Below, piece after piece: positions 1-13,432 of a DNA stretch of 64,000 nt (positions are counted from its first letter, which is position 1; each line of letters begins with the position of its first letter). A model generated the notes under the pieces. That model was not told the origin of the DNA. It did no database searches and worked only from the letters and a program-made list of their open reading frames with translations. Both the position numbers and the translations under genes were made by a program. Origin of the DNA: Mobula birostris (taxonomy: Eukaryota); contig NC_092391.1 in the NCBI RefSeq assembly GCF_030028105.1, positions 44,489,223 through 44,553,222 on the forward strand, read 5' to 3'.

Positions 1-479
1 ATGAAAAGTAAAAGAGCTGGAGCCAAAAATCAAGTTGCAACAGCCTATGGGCTGGATGCCATAAATACATTCATATCTTTTTTGGGACACAAAAAGCTAA
101 ACAGACTAACTTCCTGCATTTCAGACACGTCCCACGCACTGTGGAGCAGTTCCCAAGTCGCCAAAAGATTTTGGGTGATGTGACCCTAAAGTTAAATCTC
201 CAGCTTTTCATGGTTTGACACAAAGACTTTTGGTGCTTGATAGAAACTTAATTAACTAGATTAAGTTATTTCAGCATCAGAATCAGATTTATCACACTTG
301 ACATGAGATTAAACAACAGTGGTTGCACAAAGGTTACAGAATTAAAATGGGAACATATTAGAGAACAGTATTAAGTTATAATAAAGCCTTGTAGAGTAAA
401 TATTCTCCCATTCTCACTGCAGCCAGCTTTGTGTGAAGGTCAGCGGCAGGATGTGAAGTGTTTACAGACTCTCCTGAAC

Positions 480-2490
480 TTGAGTGTTATTTAGTTGAGC
501 CCAATGCCGTGACCAGCAGCAGAGGAAGATGTGATGAGCTGGCATCTGGCCTGAAGGTAATATGGACTATTGTGTTAAGCCTAAAGCAGATGGAAAAACT
601 TGATGAGCTAAGGCCCAAACAGTAAAAGATAGCAGTTCCCCAAGGAGACATCCCAAAGAGGAAGAAGCAGTCTAAAGGCAAGACGACACAACCACGGCTG
701 GCAAGAGAAGACAAAGCCAACATAAAAGTCAAAGAGAGAGCATGTAATAGAGCAAAAATAAGTGGGAAGTTAGAGGATTAGGAAGCTTTCAAATACCAAC
801 AGAAGGCAACTAAAATAGTTATTAAGGTAAAGATGGAATACAGAAGTAAGCTAGCCAATATATTGGATACCAGATTTCTTCAGATACGTAAAGTGTACAA
901 GAGAGGAGAGCGGATATCGGACCATTGGAAAATGATGCTGGAGAGGTGGTAATCAAGGACATGGAAATAGCGGACGAACTGAATATGTATTTTTCATCAG
1001 TCTTCACTGTGGGAGATACTAGCAGTACGACAGAAGTTCCAGGTGTCAGGGGTCATGAAGTGCAAGAAGTTATCAGTACTAGAGAGAAGGGCCTTCGGAA
1101 ACTGGAAGATCTGAACGTAACTAAGTCACCTGAAGGTGCTCAACCCAGAGTCCTGAAAGATGTGCTGTAAAGATCATGGAGGCATTAGTAATGATCTTTC
1201 AAGAATCACTAGTTTCTGGAATGGATCCAGAAAACTGGAAAATTGTAAATGTCACTCCACTCTGCAAGAAGGGAGAGTGGCAGAAGAAAGGAAACTATAG
1301 GCCAGTTAGTCTGACCACAGTGATTGGGAAAATGTTGGAGTTTATTGTTAAGGACGTGGTTTCAGGCTACTTGGAGGCACATGATAAAATAGGCCTTAGT
1401 CAGCATGGTTCCCTCAAGAGAAAATCTTACCTGACAAATCTGTTGGAACTCTTTGAAGAAATAACAAGCAGGTTGGACAAAGGAGAATCAGTTGATGTTA
1501 GGTATTTTGGATTTACAGAAGGCCTTTGACAAGGTGCCACACAAGGCAGCTTAACAAGCTAAGAGCCCATGGTATTACAGGAAAGGTTCTTGCATGGATA
1601 AAGCAGTGGCTGATTGGCAGGAGGCAAAGAGTCAGAACAAAGGAAGCCTTTTCTGGTTGGCTGCCAGTGAATAATTTTTTACATTATATGTCAATGATTT
1701 GGATGGTGGAATTGATGGCTTTGTTGCAAAGTTTGCAGACAGTATGAAGATAGGTGGAGGGGTAGGTAGTTCTGAGGAAGTAGAGAGGGTACAGAAGGAT
1801 TTAGACACATTAGAATGAGAAAAAAGTGGCAAATGGAATACAGTGTGGGGAAGTGTATGGTCATGCACTTTGGTAGAAGAAATTAAAGGATTGACTGTAT
1901 TCTGAATGGACAGAAAATACAAAAAGCTGAAGTGCAAAAGGACTTGAGTGTTTGTGCAGGATTCCCTAAAGGTTAATTTACAGCTTCAGTCTGTGGTGAA
2001 GGCGGCGAATGCAATGGTAGCATTCTTCTCAAGAGGACTAAAATATAAAAGCAGGGATGTAATGTTGAGACTTTATAAAGTACTGGTGAGGCCTCACTTG
2101 GAGTTTTGGGCCCTTTGTCATAGAAAGGATGTGTTCACGAAAATGATCCCTGGTTTGAATGACTTGTCATATAAAGAGTGTTTGATGGCTCTAGGCCTGT
2201 ATTCACTGGAATTCAGAAGAATTAGGGGTGACCTCCCTGAAACCTATCGAATGATAAAAGGCCTTGATAGAGTGGATGTGGAGAGAATGTTTCCTATGGT
2301 GGGAGAGTCTAAGACCAGAGGACACAGCCTCAGAATAGAGGAGAATCCTTTTAGAACAGAAATGAGGAGGAATTTCTTTAACTAGAGAATGGTGAACCTG
2401 TGGAATTCTTTGCCAAGTCTATATGTATATTTAAGGTACAAGTTGATAAATTCTTGATTGGTCAGGGCATGAAGGGATAAGGGGAGAAGG
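480..2490 (+). mobile_element. Decayed CR1 LINE, 5'-truncated ORF2 (reverse transcriptase) fragment
   Basis: Broken ORFs 925-2385 contain CR1 RT motifs (KKGNYRPVSLTTVIGKMLE, LRLYKVLVRPHLE, LYSLEFRRIRGDL, KTRGHSLRI); many frameshifts and stops. Confidence 0.9.
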
Positions 2491-4226
2491 CTACACGGAC
2501 TTTGCATCAGTCTTTTCTGTAGAAGACACTAGCAATGTTGCAGAGGTCTGTGAGTGTCGGGGAGCAGCAGTGAGTGCTGTTGTTATTACAAAGGAAAAAA
2601 TGATAGGCAAACTGAAAGGTCTTAAGGTGGATAAGTCACCTGGACCAGATGGACTACAGCCCAGAGTTCTGAAAGAGGTTGCTGAAGGGATAGCAGTTGC
2701 ATTGGTCATGATCTTTCAAGAATCACTTGATTTTAGCATGGTTCTGAAGGACTGGAAAATTGCAAATGTCACTCCACTCTTTAAGAAGGGAGGAAGGCAA
2801 AAGAAAAAAAAAATTATAGACCGGTTAGCCTAACCTCAGTGGTTGGGAAAGTGTTGAAGTCCATTATTTAGGATCAAGTTTCGGGGTACTTGGAAAGTAA
2901 TGATAAAATAAGTCAAAGTTAGCACAGTTTCTATAAAGGGAAATCTTGCCACACAAGGCAGCCTAACAAGATAAGATCCTATGGCGTTACAGGAAAGATA
3001 ATGGCATGGATAGAGGAATGGCTGACAGGCAGGAGGCACGAGCGGGAATAAAGGGGGCCTTTTCTGGTGATTACTGGTGTTCCTCAATGGTCGGTATTGG
3101 AACCGCTTCTTTTCACACTGTTTGTCAATGATTTAGATAATGGAATCACAAACAAGAGAGAATCTGCAGAAGTTGGAAATCTGAGCAACACACATAAAAT
3201 GCTGGAGGAACTCAGCAGGCCAGTCAGCATCTATGGAAAAAAGTACAGTTGACCTTTCAGGCCAAATCACTTTAGCAAATAATGAAGTGATGGCTTTGCG
3301 GCAAAGTTAGCAGATGATACGAAGATAGGTGGAGGGGTGGGTAGTGCTGAGCAAGCAATGCAATTGCAGAAGGATTTAAGCACATTGGAAGAATGGGCAG
3401 AAGTGTCAGATGGAATACAGTGTTAGGAAATGTATGATGCAGTTTGGTAAAAGGAACAATAGCGCAGACTATTGTCTAACTGGAGTGAAAATACAAACAT
3501 CAGAGATGCAAAGGGACTTGGGAGTCCTCATGTAAGTATTCCAGTTTAATTTACAGTTTGCATCTGTGGTAAAGGCAGCAAATGCAATGTTGCCATTCAT
3601 TTCAAGGGGAATAGAATATAAAAACCAAGGAGATAATGCTGAGTTTTTGTAAGACACTGGTCAGGCCAGATTAAGAGTATTATCAACAGTCTTGGGACCC
3701 ATATCTCAAAGGATGTGTTGTCTTTGAGAGAGTCCAGAGGAAGTTCATGAGGATGATTATAGGAATGAAGGAGTTAAAATATGAGAAGCGTTTGGCAGCT
3801 TTGGGCCTGTACTCACCAGAATTTAGAAGAATGTGGGGGGGATCTCATTGAAACCTACCAAATGTTGAAAGGACTAGATAGGGTGGATGTGGAGAGGATG
3901 TTTCCTCTGGTGGGGTATCCAGAACTAGAGGGCTCAGCTTCAAAATCGAGGGCCAACCCTCTAGAACAGAGGGAAGGAGGAATTTTTTTAGCTAGTGAGT
4001 GTTGAATCCATGAAATGCTCTGCCACAGACTGCGGTGGAGACCAAGTCTGTGGGTATATTTAAAGCTAAAAATAATAGTTTTCTGATTGGTCAGGGCATC
4101 AAAGGTTATGGCGAAAAGGCAGGTATATGGGGTTGAATGAGATCCAGGATCAGCGATGATGGAATGGCAGAGCAGGCTCGATGGGCCAGATAGCCTAATT
4201 CTGCTCCTATGTTTTATGGTCTTATG
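2491..4226 (+). mobile_element. Second decayed CR1 LINE fragment in tandem, with 3' tail
   Basis: KSPGPDGLQPRVLKEVAE, GVPQWSVLEPLLF, GDLIETYQMLKGLDRVD; ends in a CR1-type tail (ctgctcctatgttttatggtcttatg). Interrupted at ~3148-3278 by a Penelope-derived short repeat. Confidence 0.9.
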
Positions 4227-6739
4227 GAAACACCAACTGTAGGTCACTCGATTCAATGCAACATCCTAAGGACAAAGCAAGGCTACTCAGAATGAAATGA
4301 GAACATTTCCTCACACAAAAAGATAAAGGAAATTGGAACATTCCTACAAGTCTAAAATGGACTTTGTACAAACTGTGTAGAAGGTGTATCTGCAATCTTT
4401 AGACTCGCCCACTATATAGGCATCATGGTGCAAAGTTCGCGGGTCATAACTCAGCCATAAAAAAAAACTCATGGGAAGTTGAGTTTATTTACATTTTGCA
4501 GAAACTGTCAATACAATACTCACTTCAAAGTGGTCTAGGTGAACAGAGTTCAGTTCAGGGTCGTAAAGAAACAGACGGGGGAGAAGTAATTTACAAAAGA
4601 TTGGGAAGTACAGCTGATCAGGTTCTGCTATAAGTATTAATTAGTTCCATGTTATTCTGAGAACTGGGAGAGCTCTGAAGAACAGTCATGCTGTGACAAA
4701 TATTTGGCTGCATTTTATTCCATTGCAATGCCAAAAGGGGATGTAAAATTAAGCTCCAATTTCTGAAATTTCATTAATGGAAACAGGTCCTCAATACTCT
4801 GTATCCCACAATGATTTCTTTAAAACTAAAGCACTAACCTAAACAGCAGTGGTGTTACTATTTCACATCCTAAAAGAGCTGTCTTAAGAATCCTTCAGCC
4901 AAGATTAATGGATTGAAAATATGTCTTAATTTTGCTCAATTTTAGTTCTAACTCAGACTCAGCATTCTTGTTTCAGTGTCACCAGATGAAGATTCAAACT
5001 GCACAGATCAAGTGCACGCAAGTTGCTCTCCTCCTGAGTCACCTGCATTCCAAGAACACAGGTTTATACTCACCGCAGTTCAGTCATCCAGGTACTGAGA
5101 ACTCAAATCACACTCCAGAGAGCATAAATTTTAGGGCTATATACTATACAGTATCACAAATTTCAGAGATCTGTCCCATAACCAGCTGACTTCTTTCAGA
5201 GGGCAGTTAAACATCAAGTGCATTGAGGGTCCCAGTCTAGACAAGTAAGCATTGATTTCCCTAACACCACGGCTGGAATGGAGAGACGTTTATGCAATAA
5301 TTACTGTATATTCATGGCCACAGTCAAGATTCTTAATTCTAGATTTAATTTAATTTCCACCATGGGATTTGAACACCTCTGGAATAAGAAAATTCAACCT
5401 CAGTCATGTCAGACTCGGGTGTAGAATCGTTACCTTTCTTGCAGTTTTACCTTCCTATGCTATCTGGTATTTTTATATAATCACCCACATGCATGTTAAT
5501 GTTCAGAACTTTACTGTACAGTTGCTTCTGAATTTTTCCAGAAACTTTTAAGTTTTCAGTAGCAGGTGTCTGGCCACTTCAGTCTGGCTATTTTATGGGT
5601 TAATTGTTATCAGTGGAACAGTCTGAATACGAGATGACCACGGCTACTTTCTCTTTTTTTCCCTCTGTTCTCTCAGTTCTTCCTTCTTTGTTCATTCTTC
5701 GATCTTGCAACACTTAATAAAATGGCTTAGCAAAAAGCTTCCTGCCTCATTCTGGATTTCCAAAGAACCTTTGGATTGCAAAAGCACCAGGATCCAATGG
5801 TAGCTTAGCCAGATGACCTTAACCTCTCCAGTTTCTGATCTTGTCATGTTTAGCTGACTCCCACACTGGATAAGCAGTCATTTCCCATAACCACATACAG
5901 TGAAGACCAGGCTTATGTAAGACCATATGCATTTACTGTCATAGTTGACAAAGGCCAGCTCCAAACACCATCAACAAAACCGCTCAACCGATCTCCTAGC
6001 ACAGCTCAGCTACATTTGAAACCCTTGTCTACGTTTGAGTGTTTTTTTGAAGCTGAAATCACCCAAGCTAGTGGAGAATATTTCATACTGACTTGTACAT
6101 AGTACATTTGAGGTTTCAGGAGTTCAGTGACTCATCGCAGATTACCATTCTCTGCTCTTCTAGCCATGGTATTTGTGTGGCTGGTCCAGGTGAAATTCTA
6201 ACCAGTGGTAATTCCCAGAAAGTTGATGATGGGGATTCACCAAAGTTGAAGCCACTGGACATCAGCGATGGTGGGCTCAATTGCCTCTTGGTGGAATTGA
6301 TAGATATATATCTTCATGGCAAAAACATCAGCTGTCATCTTTCAGACCTTGACTTAATGTTGTCTTTAGTTTACTTCATGCAGGCATCAACTATTTCATT
6401 TGGTAACAGAATAAATGTAATTAAATATTGTACAATCAGCAAATCTCCCCATTTCTGACCTTATGATAGAAGAAAGCCATTAATTAGGCATGAGTAAATG
6501 GTTAGGCTACAAGTCCCAAAAATATAAAACATGCGACAATAAGCAAATAACTTTCTTTTGTGTAGCAATCCTCAGTTACAACGCTCATATCACTATCAAC
6601 ACCATATAGAAGTGATGTAAGTAAAGTAGGAGATTTCAAGCCTGCCTTAACTAGCAGTTTAAAAGCAACTCAGGGGAATGGTGAAGGATTTAGTTTTTCT
6701 GACTGGCTGTTAGGAGAGTGATTGTTCTCCACCTTTCAT

Positions 6740-7180
6740 CAAGTTCAAGTTTGTTTAATGCCGTTTCCTGTACACATGTGTAAGGAGAATGAACGAACTG
6801 TTACCGTGGATTCGATGCAACACAAGAAAAAACACAAAAGATAAAGAACAATAATGATACTAAAAAGCACACAATAAGGGCAGATACACAAGATACCTTA
6901 AATACATAGATTGAATGTATGTTCATAAAGTGATGCTAGGCTGTACATACAGTGACTAATAGGAAACAAAAAAGTCATGGTGGAGATGGTGAGAGGAGCA
7001 GTCTTACTCTTTGGAATCAAACTACTGTACATCTGTAGAATGACATGTGTATGAATGTGCAAAGTCCAGCTCTCTTCAGAGGTGTTGGTGAGCTTTCTTG
7101 ACTGCGTAGGATGTGCTCTGGGTCCATGAGAGGTTGTGCGTGATGTCCACTGTCAGGAGCTTGAAACTGTTTGCAGTTCT
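6740..7180 (-). mobile_element. Rex1/Babar-like LINE 3' remnant
   Basis: Starts with the caagttcaagtttgtttaatg tail typical of these repeats on the - strand; degraded RT-end sequence near 7050-7170. Confidence 0.5.
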
Positions 7181-9385
7181 AATTAACTTGTTAATTTGCT
7201 TTTAAATCAGAAAATTATGTTTTACATAGAATATCAGGCAGTATCTTTGAATTAATGACCCTTTATCATACTCAAATGAATCAGAGATGAACAAATCTTA
7301 GAAAGTAGAAACAGAAGACAAGAGAGAAAAAATAGTGGCCAGGTAGAATACAGAAAGATTATATGACCAGAATGGGACTCTGTCTGACAAATGTAGGCAA
7401 AACTGAGTTAATGGAGACAAAGCAGGTACTCATTCTCCAAAGTTATTTTATGGTGCTGTTTCCAGAAAGCCATAATGAGCTAACGTGCCAACGAAGATGA
7501 TCACAAACCTCATCTTTTAACCAAGCAGATTACAACTTCTGTTTTTAACACAGTAACTCCACAATGATCCAGTACTCTTGGGACTTTTGTAGTACCAGAC
7601 CAATAGATTTCCCAGATCAGCCTTATTAATATGCTTTTATTTTCACTTTTTAAAATATGCAGTATGCTAAGTTTTCCAGTAAACCTGGCAAATTTAAAGG
7701 GAGTGAGAAACAGAGGAGAACTCCAGAGTCTGACTACGACAAGTTACCTGACCCCAGCACAAGCTCTAACCGTGACTGCATTGCAGATCTCTGGTCTGGC
7801 TACCCATTCCATCTGCATTCTGAACTCCCAGCTCACACGGGGCAGATACCAAACCATCTGGATTTAAATCTAATACCAAGTTCAACAGCCAGATAGTGAT
7901 TCTGCTACTCATTTATACCTCCTCTCCATCTCACTGCTTTAGTTACCCCTCTTTTGCCTTGCCACATCATCCTTGTCATCCAAGCACTAGTCTCTCCTCC
8001 ACGGTTCCTTTTTGTTGCTTGGAGGAACAGCTGTTGGAAGATGACACAACACACAATCTGCTGAAGGAACTCAACAGGCCCAGCGGCATCTGTGGGGAAA
8101 GGAAATGTCTGTCCTCACGAAGGGTTTTGACCCAAAATGTCAACAATTCCACTTCCCTCACAGATGCTGCCAGAGTTCCCCAGCAGATTCTTCGTTCCTT
8201 CCTACCATTTCCCCAACTGCGGGAAACTTGTTACCTTTCAGATTTGTTCTAGTTATAATTAAAGGTTATCAACTTTAAACATTTGTAATTGTAGTTCATT
8301 CCCATAGATGTTGCACAACTCATTGAGTACCTGCAAATATTTTTGACCTTTACTTCAGATTTCTGGCATCAGCAACATCTATTTTAATCTTGCTATGTAC
8401 TTTTCACACATTCCACTAATGTGACACATCCCATTTTAACAATATCCCACTAACCCCAAAATAATTAGCAGTATACATCCTTGTAGGGTGAAAATCAGAC
8501 AATCTTGGTTGACACTCAATGTTAACATCAAATTTGGGGTGGGACGAACAAAACTGAAATCAGCCTCTCACGTAAAGCCTGCAATGCGGGAGATTCAACT
8601 CCTGCGTTAAACCAGCTACTCTCACCTGTTGATGATTGACAAGTGTCAACTCCAATCAAAATCCAGACAGTGAATAGCTATGCTAATCAGACAAAAATCT
8701 GCTAATGCACAAGTAGCTTTGCTCACACGTAGTGAACGGGATAATTCACAACCTTTCCAGGTGAGCCATTTTATTACTTGCTGTGTGATCCAAATAAGTT
8801 ACTGTTCATCAGGAGATATCAGATCACAAATTATCAGCATGTTCACAGCTGTAATAAATGAAAGATACAGTGGTGAAATTAATGTAGAAGATGTAACCAG
8901 TCTAAAATTAAATCCAATTTGCTATACCAATAGGAAGATCATGATAGGTTAAAGAATTCTGTTTCACAATCTCACGCTTCACATCATAGAAAGCCAGGCT
9001 CTTGCACTCAGTCCCAATAATCTCCACTACTACTCACATGTAGAAATAATACATTCCCTCGGTACTCACAAATGGGAATATCATATATACCAGTACGACC
9101 CTCACACGAGATCCAGAATTCTTGCCCAGATAAAGGTGTTCTTCATTCTGCACCTGACCTGCCCTGCCCTGCAGTTACACCGTGTCCATGGTAACTATCC
9201 TTGAATCTGTGGGACTTGTGCAAAAACACAATACATTATCTCCTTTGTCCCACCAAGAATTTAAAGAAATAGTACGGTTTTGGAGATCCTCCAAAAGCTC
9301 CTGCAGAGCAAAGTTTCAAAAACACCAACATCCACATTCTCTGCACAAAGAATCTGAGAGAGTAGAACCTACAAAAAGCAACATA

Positions 9386-9852
9386 CACTCTGTGGCCACT
9401 TTTGAGCTATACCTCCTCATTAATGCAAACATCGAAATCAGCAAATCATGTGACAGCAACAAAATGCATAAAAGCATGCAGACATAGTCAAGAGGTTCAG
9501 TTGTTGTTCAGATCAAACATCAGAATGGGGAAGAAATGTGATCGTAGAATGATTGTTGGTGCCAGACGGGGTGGTTTGAGTATCTCAGAAACATCTAATC
9601 TCTTGTGATTTTCACACACGCAAAAAATGAAAAAAGTTCACTGCAGCAATTCTGTAGGTGAAAGCACCTTGTTAATGGGAGGTCAGAGGAGAATGGCCAG
9701 AATGGTTCAGCTGACAGAAAGGCAACAGTAATGTAAACAGCCATGTGTTACAACAGTAGTGTGCAGAAGAGCATCTCTGAATGCACAACACGTCGAACCT
9801 CGAAGACCACACCAGGTTACAATCCGATATATGATCAAGTGGCCACTGAGTG
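9386..9852 (+). mobile_element. Non-autonomous Tc1/mariner deletion derivative (MITE-like)
   Basis: TA at 9384-85 and 9853-54; terminal inverted repeats cactctgtggccactt / aagtggccactgagtg; internal transposase N-terminal remnant MGKKCD..MIVGARRGGLSISET. Confidence 0.85.
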
Positions 9853-10999
9853 TAGATTGTAGGTTTTTGTGTACAGAAACAAAATATTTCCAGTCTTAAG
9901 CGTGTAGTGTATCTAGCAACTTACTGAACAACCAAGACTCACTACCTCCATTACTGTATGTATCACAATGTTTTTAACATTTCAGCCTATTGCTACCAAA
10001 CCTGTCGGAACCACTTGTAGTCCCACGCAATGCATTAATCTTTATCCAAAATATCAACCACCCCCACCCCCCCCCCCCAAGAATCACCACAGAACTCCTC
10101 CAGCATACTGCTCAAGATTGGTCAAATCATTCAAGCAAAGGCTGGTAGATTCTTGATTAGTCAGGGCATCAAAGGTTATAGCAAGAAGGCAAGAAGATGG
10201 GGTTAAGAGGAATAATACATCAGCCATGATCAAATTGCGAAGCAGCTCAATGGGCCAAATGGCCTATTTTGCTCCTATCACTTATGCCAATGGGTTTGTG
10301 TTTATTTCACACCACTGCTGCTCTCAGACGATTCTGACAGCCTCTAGAAAATCCAACTAATTACAGGGCTCGCAATGAGGGATCAGACTTCTAATCAAGA
10401 AATTCTTTCAACTGAACAAAAATGTATGCTGGGACAAGAATAACATTCATCACCTTGTACAGTGGGCATGTGTATTCAGACGGAAATTGAAACTGTCAAA
10501 AGCCCAGGATTACATCTACTCCCAAGTCTTGCAGGAATTCAAAGATGAAAAGTACTAATATAGCTCCAACTCAAATAAGATTGCAGTTTATAAAATGACC
10601 AAAGCTGATAAACAACAATGCTGAATAATTGGAAAGATTTTAAAACAGCTTTTAGAATGCAGTAAAAACATTTCACAAAAAGAGCACACTAGATACCCAC
10701 GAGAATTTATGGTAACACAAGAACAACTCAGGGTCAGAACAGACACAAACTGTAGCAAAAAAAGTATGTGAACCCTTTGCAATTACCTGATCTACACAGG
10801 TCTCAACTCTTCTTCTGTGCCAGTTCCTCAAACTTTCAAATATTTATCTTTTAAGTATAGCTTATGAACTGGCCTCCCACCATATCTAGATTCCAGAGAT
10901 ACACAACCAAGAGTTTATGAGGGGAATACACTTGCAAGAAAAAGGGAAAATATGAAAAAAATCAGGGATTAAATAGTGAAGAATTGTACAAATGTCAAT

Positions 11000-12210
11000 T
11001 AAAGGATGGGATAGCAATAAGGCAATTAAGAGATAGAAGTATGCCAAAGATTTTAGGGAAATATTGAATGATTAATTTTGCTTCAATACTTAGAAGGAAA
11101 ATAAAACAAGTGGATTGTATTTGAGATGAGTGCTTCTAGTAACAGAAAGAAAGAGATACAGTAAATAATCACACTCATACCATAAAGCAATCCAAGCAGA
11201 TTGCTTCTACTCATCTTGAAAGAACCCAAATGATAGTGGAAACATCACTACACATTTAAAAATGTGTTTTATTGAACCAGAAGACAAACAGATAGCCAAT
11301 GCAATACCTGAATTGGGGGGACTAGAAATCGCCGCAAGAATTACAGGCCAGGTGGTATTAAAACAAAAACACAAGATACAGGAGCAAAATTAGACCATTT
11401 GGCCCATCGAGTCTGCTCCACCGTTTCATCATGGCCAATCCATTTTCCCACTCAGTCCCAATCTGCTACAAGGCCACAGGTAGCAGAAAGATAATGGAAC
11501 TGTCCTCTAAGGAGACGATAGAAGAACTTCCAGTTAGCAGAACGTTAATAAACAAGGAAGTCTCTGACCAAATTTTGTAATGTTTTGAGGAGAAAACAGA
11601 GCACATACACACGACGCAATTTATTTTAATTTTCAAAAGTCCCCGCATAAGATTCCCCATCATGACTAATAAGCCTTGAGAGTGCAGTGAAATGGAGCAA
11701 GCAGCTGAATACATAAAAGTTGCTGGTGAACGCGTGTAAGCAGCTGAATAGATTGTTAGCTCACATATGGACAGAAAGCAGTGTGGAAACAAAGAGTAGC
11801 TTTTCTCAATGCTGGGTAATGGTGTTTTAAGGGAATCATCACTGGGACTCCAGTACTTTAACAATGTACATTCAGTACTAGATGTTGGAACCAAAAGTGC
11901 AACTACCAAATTTGCAGTTGAAACCAAATTTGGGATGGGGTTGGGAGAACAGTGAACACTGAAAAAGAAAATTATACAGAACAACATCAAAACCTTAGAA
12001 CAGGGAAACAAAGTGAAGTTCAATGCAAATAAATTCAAGGGGATGTGTTTTGGTAGGGAAAAAAGGCGAAGTGTGAGATCACAAGTGCAAGTTCTACATG
12101 GGGCAGGCGATCAAAAAGATGCTGAAGCACAAGAAGATGCACTACAGGTTAGCAAGATCATTAAAAGAAAGTAAACCACATGGAGTTATTGTGCTAAACC
12201 TGCACAGAAT
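11000..12210 (+). mobile_element. Highly decayed CR1 LINE remnant
   Basis: Degenerate CR1 RT landmarks (agggaatcatcactgggactcc, accaaatttgcagttgaaaccaaa, gaagttcaatgcaaataaat); a short CR1 3'-tail piece lies at ~11370-11465 on the - strand. Confidence 0.6.
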
Positions 12211-12214
12211 ACTG

Positions 12215-12462
12215 GGCACAACGCTTTACAGTACCAGTGACCGGGGTTCAACTCCCGCCTCTGCCTGTAAGGAGTTTACACATTCTCCCCGTGATTGCAT
12301 TGGTTACCTCCAAGTGCTCTGGTTCCCTCCCACTTTCCCAAGACGCACCGGCTGGTAGTTCAATCGGTCATTGTAAACTATCCCATGATCAGGTTCAGAT
12401 CAAGTCAGCGGTGCAGCTCGAAGGGCCCATTCCACACTATACCTGCATCTCAGTAAATAAAC
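12215..12462 (+). mobile_element. tRNA-derived V-SINE (HE1-like)
   Basis: B-box-like ggggttcaactccc, then V-domain-like ggagtttacacattctccccgtg...tccaagtgctctggttccctcccac; A-rich tail. Related copies at ~29370-29612, ~40310-40590, ~57105-57560 and ~63350-63545. Confidence 0.75.
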
Positions 12463-13432
12463 ATACCCTGCTCAGACCGCACAGGGCTGTGTACAGCTCT
12501 GGATGATATACTAAGGATGAAGGCGCGTAAAATGAAAAGAGGGTGTCCACATCGAGACAGGACAAACATACCGGGCTTTTCAAAATTACAGAAGGTATTG
12601 ATAAAGAGGCAGGAGAACGTAACCAGTGGCAGTCAAGCTCCTCGTATAGAAAGCCAGCAGTGAATTCAGAAGTCACTTCATTATCATTTCAAAGAGTGGT
12701 GAGAATATGAAACTCAGACCCAACAGGGGCTGAAGCTGACCATCTGGGTAAATGCAAGAGGCCAGCAAACAGACCATACCAGGGTGAAGCCCATAGATGC
12801 AGATGAGTAAAAACAAGAGACCTGAATACACAAGCACGAGCGTGGGCTGGCTGAACCACACAGCCTGATTCTGTCCCACATTCCCTGCGTAATCCTACAA
12901 ATCTGCCATGCCTCTCCAAATTATAACTCGCTTCCTAGTAAAATCAGTCATTCACCAGCTTAAGATCAAAACAACCCCTGGAGTGAAACTGTGTAACAAA
13001 GGGAGAGTTATTTTTGGGACAAGAGGCTTGCTGATCATAGTGAACCATTCAGGCAATATGACATGTACAATCCATCCTGTAGGCGATTTCATATAAACCA
13101 CAGGCTTTAACTTTCCAATCTGCTGTGGGAGATTCCATTCCCTTGACAGTCAAAAAGCACCCAGAGACCATGGGGTTTTCATGAGAGCACAAAACCACGT
13201 CAGTAGATTGTGAAATTGGAAAATAAATGTGGACTGGAGAAGGGGCGTTTAAAGAGGCAACCACAGAACTGAATTTAACCCAACTGTTCTTCCAAAACCA
13301 TGCGCAATAGAAGATGAATTGTATAACTCGCCTGGGGCAAATGCACAAAGAATCATTTGGCAATCTTCCCCGCCTTGACACGTAAATTCATCTTGCATAA
13401 AGACAAGTTACCACCTGAAATCAGATGCCTAC

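Noticed and set aside
11466-12038. 190-aa - strand ORF
   Set aside because: Antisense to a decayed CR1, with a non-ATG start and no protein motif.
12215-12270. tRNA gene suggested by a GGTTCAACTCC box
   Set aside because: It is the tRNA-derived head of a SINE; no cloverleaf, and SINE body follows.
1-13420. Search for TPRN exon 2 (KISF...FEYPSE)
   Set aside because: No matching - strand sequence found by eye; it probably lies outside the window. A tblastn would settle this.
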